Virus record (IMG/VR): IMGVR_UViG_3300037424_000564
Span: 128,001 to 192,000 of that record
Length of the DNA stretch: 64,000 bases
Direction: 5' to 3' (one strand)
From: a virus
Lineage: Duplodnaviria > Caudoviricetes
The position numbers and the translations under genes are program-made. Position 1 is the stretch's first letter. Each line of letters opens with the position of its first letter. Of this stretch, positions 18,513 to 28,171 are shown one piece after another. Under the pieces are notes generated by a model, which worked only from the letters and a program-made list of their open reading frames with translations, was not told the DNA's origin and searched no databases.

Positions 18513-18812
18513 TCACGGTAGTTCTGGTTGCATTCCTTCAATAATAGTTTTTAAACTTTCAGAATCAAAACCTGCTTTTTTTAGATCCTCGATTAATTTT
18601 TCAGATGTTACTGTTAAAAAATATTCATCAACCTTTGTTTGAAGGTCAATTGTCCATTTAATATCTTCTGCAATGATTCTACAAATATCACATGTAGTTT
18701 CAATAACATTATCACCACAATTAAAACATCTACATGTAGCTAATACTTTATGGCAAATTTTACAGACTACTCGACCATGACCATTTAGTAATTTTTCATA
18801 ATTAATTTTCAT
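18513..18812 (-). CDS. Cys-rich hypothetical protein
   Basis: CKIC, CRCFNC, CDIC. Confidence 0.55.
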   Translation of the reverse strand: MKINYEKLLNGHGRVVCKICHKVLATCRCFNCGDNVIETTCDICRIIAEDIKWTIDLQTKVDEYFLTVTSEKLIEDLKKAGFDSESLKTIIEGMQPELP

Positions 18813-18814
18813 TT

Positions 18815-20446
18815 TTATTTCCTTTTCGTATATTTACGTTTTGCTGGTTTAGCAGGGTTGAAATTAAGACAACCATCTTCAGGAAGATATTTAAAGGCAT
18901 CTGGATCGCTACCACCAAGAACTTCACGAATTAGATCAGTAGTAGCATTTTCATATACTTCAATTTCTACTTTAGAAGGAGTCTCTTCTGTATTGTGAAC
19001 CAGAAAGAGATTTTGTTTTGCTCTGGTACAAGCAACATATTTGAGATTGATTTCCTGCACCTTCTCCCAATCCATTCTGGCCCATTTGTTTTCAGCAGAC
19101 TGCAACCAGAATACGTTGTTCCACTCACGACCTTTACTTTTATGAATGGTGGAAAGGATAACACAACCTTTCAGATCATCACCAAAGATATTGTCAATTT
19201 CCTCACAAACACTATCAATAGGAGTAGTGCATTTGGGGTTGATTTCCTGAACCCGTTTTATAATAACTTTGATACAAGCAACTTTATCTTCAATAGCAAT
19301 TGCCTGTGATTCTTTTTCTTTGATACGATATTTCGCGGATTCACGATCACGGTAAGTATCAAGACGATCAATCAAAACGCTAAAGTTTTTGCATTTGTAA
19401 CGGCGAACCAAAGTTTTGATAGAAGTTCCAATTTCACGACCTTCTACTTTAGCAGGAATCCCTTTGGCGATGAACTGGTATACCAGAGAGATAATAGGAC
19501 GAGTGAAGCGACAAAGAATAGCATCACCTTCTTTTGCAGTTTCTGTGATGTTGGTTTTAAGAACTTCTACTTTACCAACAGGAGAAGAGGGGTGAGCAAC
19601 AATATGTTTCACAAACTGGTTTGCGTAAGTAACGATGCTTGAAGGGCAACGATATGTAACAGTGAGAGGCATCTGAATAGCATCAACTGCGTTACCAATA
19701 AGGTCAAGAGCATCAGAATCAGCGCCAGTGAAACCGTAAATTGCTTGGTGGCGATCACCAACAGCAACCAGTCGCCCCCCTCGTTTAAGCATTAGAAGGG
19801 CAAGAGCGCGTCGAGAAGCATTAGTATCCTGTGCTTCATCAATAAGAACCCAATCATGTTCATATGCTTTAGCATGATGAATCAGGGGAGCAAGAATCAT
19901 ATCATCAAAATCAATAACATCAGTATCTTGTGCTACTGATTTAGTAAATACTTTTTTGGCGCGATTAAGGATAAGTTCATCGTTATCCATACAATCGATA
20001 TTAAAGTGTTCGATAAGATTATACCATGCAGTGTCTTCATTTGGCACAACAGCACCAATAGCTGCTTGTTTTGCATAAGAAACGAGATTCACAGTAACAG
20101 TTTCAAATTTACGATCTTCATATTCAGTGAACATAGAACGATAAATGTTACGACATTTAAAATTATCAACTTTAACATTACCAGCAACACGCCTCCAAAT
20201 ACCAAATCCAGCAGAGTGCATTGTTCCGATGTTTAGGCCAGTTTTATTGGGTGCTTTTGACTTGATTTCGTCGGCAATCTTCTTATTATAAGAACCAAAG
20301 AAGATATCACCTTCCATGAGTTTAAGAGCTTCAATCAGAGTAGTAGTTTTACCAGCACCAGCTACTGCTTCGAGAACGCAAGAACCTTTACCAGTAGTGA
20401 TCCAGTTGAAAAAGTTGCTCTGTTGCTCGGAAGGAATGAAAGTCAT
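18815..20446 (-). CDS. UvrD/Rep-like SF1 helicase
   Basis: AVAGAGKTT, DEAQD, VGDRHQAIYGFTGA, STIHKSKGREW, YVACTRAK. Confidence 0.93.
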   Translation of the reverse strand: MTFIPSEQQSNFFNWITTGKGSCVLEAVAGAGKTTTLIEALKLMEGDIFFGSYNKKIADEIKSKAPNKTGLNIGTMHSAGFGIWRRVAGNVKVDNFKCRNIYRSMFTEYEDRKFETVTVNLVSYAKQAAIGAVVPNEDTAWYNLIEHFNIDCMDNDELILNRAKKVFTKSVAQDTDVIDFDDMILAPLIHHAKAYEHDWVLIDEAQDTNASRRALALLMLKRGGRLVAVGDRHQAIYGFTGADSDALDLIGNAVDAIQMPLTVTYRCPSSIVTYANQFVKHIVAHPSSPVGKVEVLKTNITETAKEGDAILCRFTRPIISLVYQFIAKGIPAKVEGREIGTSIKTLVRRYKCKNFSVLIDRLDTYRDRESAKYRIKEKESQAIAIEDKVACIKVIIKRVQEINPKCTTPIDSVCEEIDNIFGDDLKGCVILSTIHKSKGREWNNVFWLQSAENKWARMDWEKVQEINLKYVACTRAKQNLFLVHNTEETPSKVEIEVYENATTDLIREVLGGSDPDAFKYLPEDGCLNFNPAKPAKRKYTKRK

Positions 20447-20476
20447 GGTTTGCTCCTTTGGGGTTGATGTAAGAAG

Positions 20477-20505
20477 ATCATACCCTTTATTGATTTAGTT
20501 GTCAA
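20477..20505 (-). promoter_or_regulatory. Sigma70-type early promoter
   Basis: TTGACA-17 nt-TATGAT upstream of the UvrD-like gene. Confidence 0.8.
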
Positions 20506-20527
20506 TTATTTTCTAAAATATAATAAT

Positions 20528-20800
20528 TTACATCATTTCATTAATTCTACTTTTATATTCCTTTTCACGAAGGTCGCAAATAAGTTTATATTTTGGATTT
20601 TTCTTCATATTTTTGAGTTGTTGAATTTCTTTATCAAGGTAAGATTGTATGGATTGAATTGTGTGCCATTGGCCGGGACCAGCATCCCCATATGCTGAAA
20701 TTTCACTACGATATTGTGATTCATTTTCAGCAAGAGCTTCCATACCATGCTGAATACTTTCTTCGAGTTCTTCCAGTTTAGTACGAAAAAAATCTAACAT
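20528..20800 (-). CDS. Hypothetical protein
   Basis: 90-aa ORF with AAGGAG SD. Confidence 0.6.
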   Translation of the reverse strand: MLDFFRTKLEELEESIQHGMEALAENESQYRSEISAYGDAGPGQWHTIQSIQSYLDKEIQQLKNMKKNPKYKLICDLREKEYKSRINEMM

Positions 20801-20853
20801 AATAATTCTCCTTGATTTTGAGATATATTATAATTAGATTTTTTATTTGTCAA

Positions 20854-22383
20854 TTAAATTTTGAATATTTCTTCTTTTACATCCCAATTCTCTTTATCGT
20901 AATATTTCTTTCTGACTATATAATGGTCAAGTGCATAATTTATAAACCTAGTTTTGGTTTCAGGTATAATAAAACTTGCATTATCAATGATATCGAAAAG
21001 TCTAGCACAATCCTTATCTTTATGTTTTCTCAAGGATCTACCTATAGATTGAAGAACTTTAATACGACTTTTGTATCCAGAAGCAAGAACCAAATTATTC
21101 AAATTTTTAACATTCCAACCAGCAGCTAAAGTTCCATAAGTAGCTAGAAGTATTACATTTGTGTTATTTTCTAAAAATGTTCTAACATCTTCTCTATCTT
21201 CTAATGGTGTATCACCATCTACATATAATACTTTTTCTGTTCCGAAATGATTTTCAAAATATTCTTTTAATAAATATCCATGTTTTGATTTTTTAGTAAA
21301 TAAAACTAATGTATTACCTTTTAAATTATCTACCAATTTCAGAATGAATTTATTTCGTTCTTCATTGCTATACATTAGATTATTTTGTATCTGATATCGT
21401 TCTGCTGGTTTCGTTGCCTCTTCAGTAGCATCATAAATTTTACGTTTAAATTCAGAACTATAATTTAATACAACTGAATATATTTTTAATTTAGCTATAT
21501 AATCATTTTCTTGGAGATATTTGTATGTTGCTATTTCCACGATTTTACCAAAAGCACCAACAATAGAATACCATTCTGCTGTGACTGATTCTGGATAAGT
21601 ACCTGAAAACCCATATCTATATTCTGCATTGACACAATATCTAGCTAATGATTGTATAGATCCTGCATCAGATGCTGCCTCATGCACTTCGTCACAAATA
21701 AGACAGTCAAAATCATTATATGGATTATCTTGTTTTACTTTTGGTGTTATTAATGATTGCCATGTTGCTATAATTATAGGGCTATCATAAAACTTTCTCT
21801 GTCCACCATAAATACGATGACAGTATTTTTCTGCATTAAATCCATAATCAATAAAATCTTTATACATTTGTTCTACCAATCCTGTTTTAGAACAAATCAA
21901 AATTACTTTCTTTTTCAAAAGCATCATGAATCTACATATAATATATATACATAAAGATTTACCACCAGCAGTACTAATAAGTGTATTCATATTTTTATAA
22001 CATAATGATTTATATATAGCTTCAAATTGATATGGTCTTACTGTAAGAGGTAGATTTAAAGATTCTATAAATCGTTGTAATTCTTTTCTATCAATTTTAT
22101 TAGATAGAGGATAATTACAATCAATACTATATCCACCTTTTTCTGCAAATTCATACACCTTATAAACTAATCCGATAGGAAGTTCATTTGTTGAAATTTT
22201 AAAGAATCTAATTTTCCCATCCCACATTTTAGCCTTGTATTTTGGGGAGAATCTATAATTAGTTGCAAAAGATGAAAAATAGTTATATAATTCTCTTGCA
22301 ATGAATTCTTCACATCGGATGGTGACTGTGGAATGATCTTTTTTTAAAATTGAAATTTGAGTTTTATTTAACATAGGAATCAC
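20854..22383 (-). CDS. uvsW: UvsW SF2 DNA helicase
   Basis: KYKAKMWDGKIRFF, VRPYQ, STAGGKS, CDEVH, GFSGT, QSIGRSLR. Confidence 0.95.
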   Translation of the reverse strand: MIPMLNKTQISILKKDHSTVTIRCEEFIARELYNYFSSFATNYRFSPKYKAKMWDGKIRFFKISTNELPIGLVYKVYEFAEKGGYSIDCNYPLSNKIDRKELQRFIESLNLPLTVRPYQFEAIYKSLCYKNMNTLISTAGGKSLCIYIICRFMMLLKKKVILICSKTGLVEQMYKDFIDYGFNAEKYCHRIYGGQRKFYDSPIIIATWQSLITPKVKQDNPYNDFDCLICDEVHEAASDAGSIQSLARYCVNAEYRYGFSGTYPESVTAEWYSIVGAFGKIVEIATYKYLQENDYIAKLKIYSVVLNYSSEFKRKIYDATEEATKPAERYQIQNNLMYSNEERNKFILKLVDNLKGNTLVLFTKKSKHGYLLKEYFENHFGTEKVLYVDGDTPLEDREDVRTFLENNTNVILLATYGTLAAGWNVKNLNNLVLASGYKSRIKVLQSIGRSLRKHKDKDCARLFDIIDNASFIIPETKTRFINYALDHYIVRKKYYDKENWDVKEEIFKI

Positions 22384-22396
22384 TTTTGAATTAAAT

Positions 22397-22425
22397 TTGA
22401 CAGATTAGAAATCTGATGTTATAAT
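22397..22425 (+). promoter_or_regulatory. Consensus sigma70 promoter for uvsY
   Basis: TTGACA-17 nt-TATAAT. Confidence 0.85.
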
Positions 22426-22501
22426 GAACCTTAGGTGCCGCTGGAGTGGATAGATATAAGGTAAATTAGCTAGTTGTATACTATTATTTAGGAGAGATAA
22501 A

Positions 22502-22936
22502 ATGAGTGAAACGGAGTTATCAAGGCAGGATAAAATTTATAAAAAGTTTAAGGAATTAAAAATTGAAGCAGAAAATGTTGTTAAGCTTGACACCTATAAG
22601 ATGTCAAATGCATTCAATAATAGTTCAGACATTGTTCGATGGATCACAAAAAAAACTGAATGGTCAAGAGTTTTGAGAGACTTAGAGGTTAAACGTAAAA
22701 AAGCATATAGAATAGCATATGAATATTATCAAACTGAATTTGCTTTGAAACTCACCACTAAGGATGAATATATTTTATTCATCGAGAGTGATGAGAATTA
22801 TGTAAATCATATGCAACTTTCATTGTTAGTAAAAGAAGTCATTCAATTTATTGATTCAACAATTGATGCATTGAAAACAAAAGGTTATGATATTAAAAAT
22901 TTAATTGAATGGAGGAAATTCACCAACGGGCAGTAA
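22502..22936 (+). CDS. uvsY: UvsY recombination mediator
   Basis: Helical 144 aa next to uvsW; C-terminal ALKTKGYDIKNLIEWRKFTNG. Confidence 0.85.
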   Translation: MSETELSRQDKIYKKFKELKIEAENVVKLDTYKMSNAFNNSSDIVRWITKKTEWSRVLRDLEVKRKKAYRIAYEYYQTEFALKLTTKDEYILFIESDENYVNHMQLSLLVKEVIQFIDSTIDALKTKGYDIKNLIEWRKFTNGQ

Positions 22937-23707
22937 CTAACTGTAATAAATTTCAATATTAGATAAGATATTGTGAATTTTTGATATCTTATCTGTATCT
23001 GAACTCAATCTATTTACTTTTAATTTACCTTGATTATTTATCATATACTGTTCCATATAATATTTTGAATATAATAAACCGCTTGTATGCATAAAATTTC
23101 TAGGTGATGAATATTTTGGAATTAAAAAATATTCAATATTAGCCAATTTATCAATTAAAAATTTAATATTATTAGAATCAATATAAGATTGATATTCTAT
23201 GAATGGGAAGATAACTGTATCATACAGACTTCCCATTAAATTTTTTATGGCATTGTCTTTTGCTACTTTAGAATTATTTTCGATTGATACTCCCATTGCT
23301 GAAGGCATATCTACTGGGTCAGTTGGATTATTGAGTTTCATATAATTAATTAAATTAAAAACTGATTCCGGTATAGCTCCTAAGAATCTAGCCTGTTCAG
23401 TAACCGTCATCGTAGTAGTAATATCAATAGACGAATCTACTTTATATTCAAATTTTTTAGCTTTAGATATAATAGCGTTTAAATCATTTAGATTTTTGAT
23501 TATTATATTATAATTTTCTGAAGTTAATAGATCAACAGCAAGCAATATATCAGATTTTATTAATGTTGATGTACGATATACAGTATCTAAAGTTTTTTTA
23601 TTTATATTATATTCATTTATTACTACTGACGTTATAATATTAGGATCATTACTAGTAATAGGAAATGATTTCATATCTTCTTTTAATTTGTCTAAAAATT
23701 CACTCAT
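22937..23707 (-). CDS. Hypothetical protein, last gene of the baseplate operon
   Basis: 256-aa ORF overlapping the gp5-like stop. Confidence 0.6.
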   Translation of the reverse strand: MSEFLDKLKEDMKSFPITSNDPNIITSVVINEYNINKKTLDTVYRTSTLIKSDILLAVDLLTSENYNIIIKNLNDLNAIISKAKKFEYKVDSSIDITTTMTVTEQARFLGAIPESVFNLINYMKLNNPTDPVDMPSAMGVSIENNSKVAKDNAIKNLMGSLYDTVIFPFIEYQSYIDSNNIKFLIDKLANIEYFLIPKYSSPRNFMHTSGLLYSKYYMEQYMINNQGKLKVNRLSSDTDKISKIHNILSNIEIYYS

Positions 23708-25353
23708 CCTATATTAACCTTTGGTGCTGATATTCTAACTAATGCAGTTGAAGAAATAGTTGCTGGTCCAGTACTATTGATAGTTGTTTGCCCACTACTA
23801 TTTATATTGACGTTTCCTGTGACTGTTATAGTTAAATTACCTTTAGTTGTATTATTATAATCACCAGATATAGTTTCTACGTGATTCCCATCAGTTTTAT
23901 CAGTTTTATCACCAGCAATGGATGTTGTATTATTTCCACCTATTTTTTCTATTTTATTTAATTTAATATCTTCTGTAGAAGATCCACCGATTAATGTATC
24001 AATATCACCACCTATATCGATGTTATCATTTCCAGAAATAGTTCTGAATTCACTTTTTCTTACTTCTATTTTTGAATCCCCAATTATAATTTCGACTTTA
24101 TCTTTTGAAGTTGTTACTTTCCATTCTCCGTCTGTAATTTCTTGTCTATCTTTAGTTATTTTTCTATGAACAGACCCATCATTTACCATTGCTTCATATG
24201 TTCCAGATGGATGTTGATTTATTTTACGTTTATTACCGGGAGTTTCATCTGTTATTTCGACAAATCCAGCTTTATTTTCTTTTACTACAATTTTCCCATA
24301 TTCTGCTTTTTCAGGAGTTGGTGCTGGTTCGTTAATTGGTGTAATAGATTTAGATGGTATTAAAGGTGGAGTAAATCCTAAAGTTTCACCAATAGAAGCA
24401 AAAGAAGCCATATCATTAAGTTGACTTGTTGAAGGAGTATTTGGAACACTTGGTTTTGGTGGCATTGCTGTTAATAAAGATTTAACAGAACCACGAATAG
24501 AACTAAGAGAAACAGTTTTAGCACTATTAAATATATTTGTCTTAGGAATCAAAGACGATAATGATGGTAGTGATGGTAATTTAGGTAATGTTAATTGTTT
24601 ATATTGACTAACTGCACTTTCAAACATAGAAAGTTTAGGTTTTAATATTACAGCATCTGGTGTCCCTTTTAAAGCATCTGGATTAGATGTTAATTTACCA
24701 GCTTTATTTGGAACATTTCCTTGAATATAATTTGAACAAGAAGATCTTCCTTTATCACGTTTAAAGAAATTATTTTTAATACCATTATCATTGGAATTAT
24801 TAATATTAAAAGATCCAATTGGATCTGTTAATTTACTTTTGAGTGAATTTAAAGCAGCAGTTTGATCATTTAATTGCTTTATATCTTCACCAGTATACTT
24901 TGTTATAGATGCGCCAACACTATCATTTATAGCACCAGCTATATCTAAAATTTGTGAATTAGCTACATCGGTTAATTCAACTGGTATTTCAGCGATAGTA
25001 TCAAACTTACTTTGTAAGTTTAAATTTATACTATTAGAAACATCTTGTACAAGACTTGCTCCAAATGTTGAAATAATATCAATATAACTACTTCTAGTAT
25101 CTAAATGGAATGATGACAATTCACCTACAGCATCATCTATAATAACTTGACCAGCTTCAGCGGATGGATTGCTTTGTTTTTTACGCAGAGTTGACATTTT
25201 TCTGGAAGTTCTAGAAGTAAGTTTAGCAGCTTTTCCACTATTTCTAGTGGTATACTCTCTAGATTTATTATCAGAATAATTAGCAAAAACTTCTAAACTT
25301 GACTTTTTTTTCTTAGCAGAATAGTTAATTATTTCATTTTCATATGTACTCAT
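23704..25353 (-). CDS. gp5-like baseplate needle, C-terminal beta-helix part
   Basis: EITDETPGNKRK...HPSGTYE..VNDG motif followed by 8-residue IxGD/N repeats. Confidence 0.75.
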   Translation of the reverse strand: MSTYENEIINYSAKKKKSSLEVFANYSDNKSREYTTRNSGKAAKLTSRTSRKMSTLRKKQSNPSAEAGQVIIDDAVGELSSFHLDTRSSYIDIISTFGASLVQDVSNSINLNLQSKFDTIAEIPVELTDVANSQILDIAGAINDSVGASITKYTGEDIKQLNDQTAALNSLKSKLTDPIGSFNINNSNDNGIKNNFFKRDKGRSSCSNYIQGNVPNKAGKLTSNPDALKGTPDAVILKPKLSMFESAVSQYKQLTLPKLPSLPSLSSLIPKTNIFNSAKTVSLSSIRGSVKSLLTAMPPKPSVPNTPSTSQLNDMASFASIGETLGFTPPLIPSKSITPINEPAPTPEKAEYGKIVVKENKAGFVEITDETPGNKRKINQHPSGTYEAMVNDGSVHRKITKDRQEITDGEWKVTTSKDKVEIIIGDSKIEVRKSEFRTISGNDNIDIGGDIDTLIGGSSTEDIKLNKIEKIGGNNTTSIAGDKTDKTDGNHVETISGDYNNTTKGNLTITVTGNVNINSSGQTTINSTGPATISSTALVRISAPKVNIG

Positions 25354-25362
25354 ATTATTTCC

Positions 25363-25659
25363 TTATCCTGATAAACCTCTTACCCATCCAATCCAACAAG
25401 GTGCCATGGGAGATTTTTGCATGAACATAATGTAAAGATAATCTCCTACATCAGGTATTTCACCTGAATTTTGTTTACTAGGAGCTATGTGATTGGCCCA
25501 AATAGAATTTTCAGGAACATCATTAGACATATCATGAATACCTAAAACTCTAACTCTAACACGTTCAAGAGCTTTAGGATCTTCATTACTTACAACAAGA
25601 CCAAAAAATAATCCACCTAGATCTATTTCATTATTTATATCGAATTCATACCCCAACAT
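25363..25659 (-). CDS. gp5 N-terminal OB-fold as a stand-alone gene
   Basis: FFGLVVSNEDPKALERVRVRVLGIH...WA...PDVGD...F...P..IG. Confidence 0.8.
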   Translation of the reverse strand: MLGYEFDINNEIDLGGLFFGLVVSNEDPKALERVRVRVLGIHDMSNDVPENSIWANHIAPSKQNSGEIPDVGDYLYIMFMQKSPMAPCWIGWVRGLSG

Positions 25660-25667
25660 ATATTATC

Positions 25668-26924
25668 TCACTTTTCCCATTTGATAATATCAGATTCAAA
25701 TTCCTTATATCCATCTGATACTAACGTTATATATTGTTTATAATCTTCATATAATGAAAATACATGTTTTATTTCACGAATAAGATACATGCCTTTAAAT
25801 AATTTATTATCAGTAACATCAGGATTGGAAGTATTTTTACCATCTTGTGATGGATATTCTAATAATGTCAACCATCCTGCTCTACGTGTAGTTTCACCTA
25901 AACATGATATATTTATTTTAAAAGCATCAGTAGTTAAAAAGGAATATTTATTATTCAAATGACCTTCTATAAAATCTTTTAAAGTTTGTGTATTATTACT
26001 TTCTGCTGTTTGAGGAAACAACGGAACAAAACTAGAAGATGTATATTTTGGTTCCAAGAAAGCTGTAGGTAATGGAAACTTATTAGCTAATCTAGTTTGT
26101 GTTGTTTTATTAATTCCAATATCTGTTATAGTAAATTTACTATTATTATAATCAAAAGCATATATATCAGTTTTAGGTAAACCATTATTTACCATTCGAA
26201 CTGTATCATAACAGCTTTCAATATTCATTTCCATTACTCTACCTTGATATCTAATATTGGTTGGATTAACTATAAAGGATTCATATTTACCTAAACTACC
26301 TTTTGTTAAATAGTCTAAAGATGTTACATTTACTTTATCTGTTTTAAAATCAGTCCAACATAAAAATCCACCATTTGATTCTTCATTTGTAGAAAATCCT
26401 AATAGATATTTAATGGAATGATATGGTGTCCATAATGGAGTGACGAAGTTTTCAAGTGATTGTTTTGTTTTTTCTACTAATCCTATTTCTGCACCACATT
26501 CTTTTAATAAATCAACTACAATTTCACTAGTGGTAACTTCTTTATCAACTTTTCCATATGGTTTAGATACAAGTCTAGTAAATGCATCAATTAACCAAGA
26601 TGAACAAAATCCTAATTGCAACGCATCATATGTATTATGAGGAAGAAAGATTGAACCTTCATTTGTATAAATTTTATATTTTAATGTCAGTTCATTTTCT
26701 TCAGAACCATCAACAGCAAAACTCAATATAATTTCGTCATTAGCAAAAATATTACCTATTTCTTGAAGACCTTCATAATCTCTTATGTTAATAACACCAA
26801 CAATACCCGGTTGTGTTATAGATTCATATATCTCAACAACAGTAATATTGGCTAGATTTATCTCATGTTCTTTTATTGTTACTTTACGTAACTTTAAAAT
26901 TTCAAATGTTTCGTTATTATCCAT
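25668..26924 (-). CDS. Baseplate hub protein (gp27-like)
   Basis: EIYESITQPGIVG..I.D, C-terminal GMYLIREIKHVF; position before gp5-OB. Confidence 0.7.
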   Translation of the reverse strand: MDNNETFEILKLRKVTIKEHEINLANITVVEIYESITQPGIVGVINIRDYEGLQEIGNIFANDEIILSFAVDGSEENELTLKYKIYTNEGSIFLPHNTYDALQLGFCSSWLIDAFTRLVSKPYGKVDKEVTTSEIVVDLLKECGAEIGLVEKTKQSLENFVTPLWTPYHSIKYLLGFSTNEESNGGFLCWTDFKTDKVNVTSLDYLTKGSLGKYESFIVNPTNIRYQGRVMEMNIESCYDTVRMVNNGLPKTDIYAFDYNNSKFTITDIGINKTTQTRLANKFPLPTAFLEPKYTSSSFVPLFPQTAESNNTQTLKDFIEGHLNNKYSFLTTDAFKINISCLGETTRRAGWLTLLEYPSQDGKNTSNPDVTDNKLFKGMYLIREIKHVFSLYEDYKQYITLVSDGYKEFESDIIKWEK

Positions 26925-27432
26925 TTAAGATTGCTTCCCTATATTTCCAAATAATATCTTTTACAGTTTGTTTTTTTGGTACAATTATATTACGTTTATC
27001 TTCATTCGTTGCATTAATTAATCTAGCATATGTATTGTATGAAAATTTATGTTCAGTATTATATATTCTATTTGTGACTTCTATTATTTGGCTTTGAGTT
27101 AAAGGCCAATCATTATATGGATCTTTAATATCATTAAAAATAGCAATAATCCACCATAAATTTACATCACCATATAAATCGTATGCTATTGTCTGCATAG
27201 TATCATTATCTTTTATTTCATAATTAATAATAACTTCAATATTATCTTTATAATTAAAAACAACATCAAACTTATCAAAAAGATTTTTAACTGTGGTTTT
27301 TATTGGTTGTTTATTTGTAAAAGTATATTTATCATCAATTGATATATTATTAACTTTATTTAAAGTATTTAAATATCCACTTAGATCATAATCAATATCT
27401 ACAAATTGATCAAAATATGAAAATTCAGCCAT
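26917..27432 (-). CDS. Baseplate wedge gp53-like protein
   Basis: YEIKDNDTMQTIAYDLYGDVNLWWIIAIFNDIKDPYNDWPL. Confidence 0.85.
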   Translation of the reverse strand: MAEFSYFDQFVDIDYDLSGYLNTLNKVNNISIDDKYTFTNKQPIKTTVKNLFDKFDVVFNYKDNIEVIINYEIKDNDTMQTIAYDLYGDVNLWWIIAIFNDIKDPYNDWPLTQSQIIEVTNRIYNTEHKFSYNTYARLINATNEDKRNIIVPKKQTVKDIIWKYREAILNG

Positions 27433-27436
27433 ATCT

Positions 27437-28171
27437 TTACTCCTCGTTAAGAATCCAATGTTTTTTGATATGTTGAAATGATAATGATAAATTTATTTGT
27501 ACTGGATTTTTATCATGGTATATAGCTGCACTTTCTTGTTCGGAAGTATATGAGACACTGCAATTAGTAAGTGCCATAAATTCATAACCTTCAATATCAT
27601 TAGATATACCTATACCATTTATACCGATAAATTTAATATCCCATAATGGAGGAAATTTTAATAATATACCAGTACTATTGTCATCATTAATAAGACTTGG
27701 CATAATATTTTTTTTAAAAGTTTTTGCTATCTTTACTATTGTATTTCCTTCATCTTGATCATATGGAACCAATTTAAAATTAAACGTTACTGACATAGGA
27801 TCTACATTTTGAAATATCAATATATCTGTTGGTAATGGTGCTACACCACCAACAGCTTTAGCTGAATTAATAATTTTACCACCATCAGCACCACTAAATC
27901 TTTCTGTTATATTAGAAACTAAAGCAGCACCCCAACTATTAGTACCTTGATAAATTGATTCTAAACCCCAAGTAGCATTTATATTTTCAGAAAAGTCTCC
28001 CGGCATATATAACGAAATATCAGGTATGCTATTTGGTTTCTTTTCTGCTTTAGCAGTTCCATTAAATGATTCTTTAGATGATGGTGTAGTATAATTATAT
28101 GATTGAAATAAAACAGATGGTATATTTTTATCATATTTTGTTGGATATCTATATGTTGCTTTATTTGCCAT
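27437..28171 (-). CDS. Baseplate tail-tube cap gp48-like protein
   Basis: LYMP..F, IFQNVDP...FNFKL.P, LLKFPP.W, LTNCSVSYT, INLSLSF. Confidence 0.75.
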   Translation of the reverse strand: MANKATYRYPTKYDKNIPSVLFQSYNYTTPSSKESFNGTAKAEKKPNSIPDISLYMPGDFSENINATWGLESIYQGTNSWGAALVSNITERFSGADGGKIINSAKAVGGVAPLPTDILIFQNVDPMSVTFNFKLVPYDQDEGNTIVKIAKTFKKNIMPSLINDDNSTGILLKFPPLWDIKFIGINGIGISNDIEGYEFMALTNCSVSYTSEQESAAIYHDKNPVQINLSLSFQHIKKHWILNEE

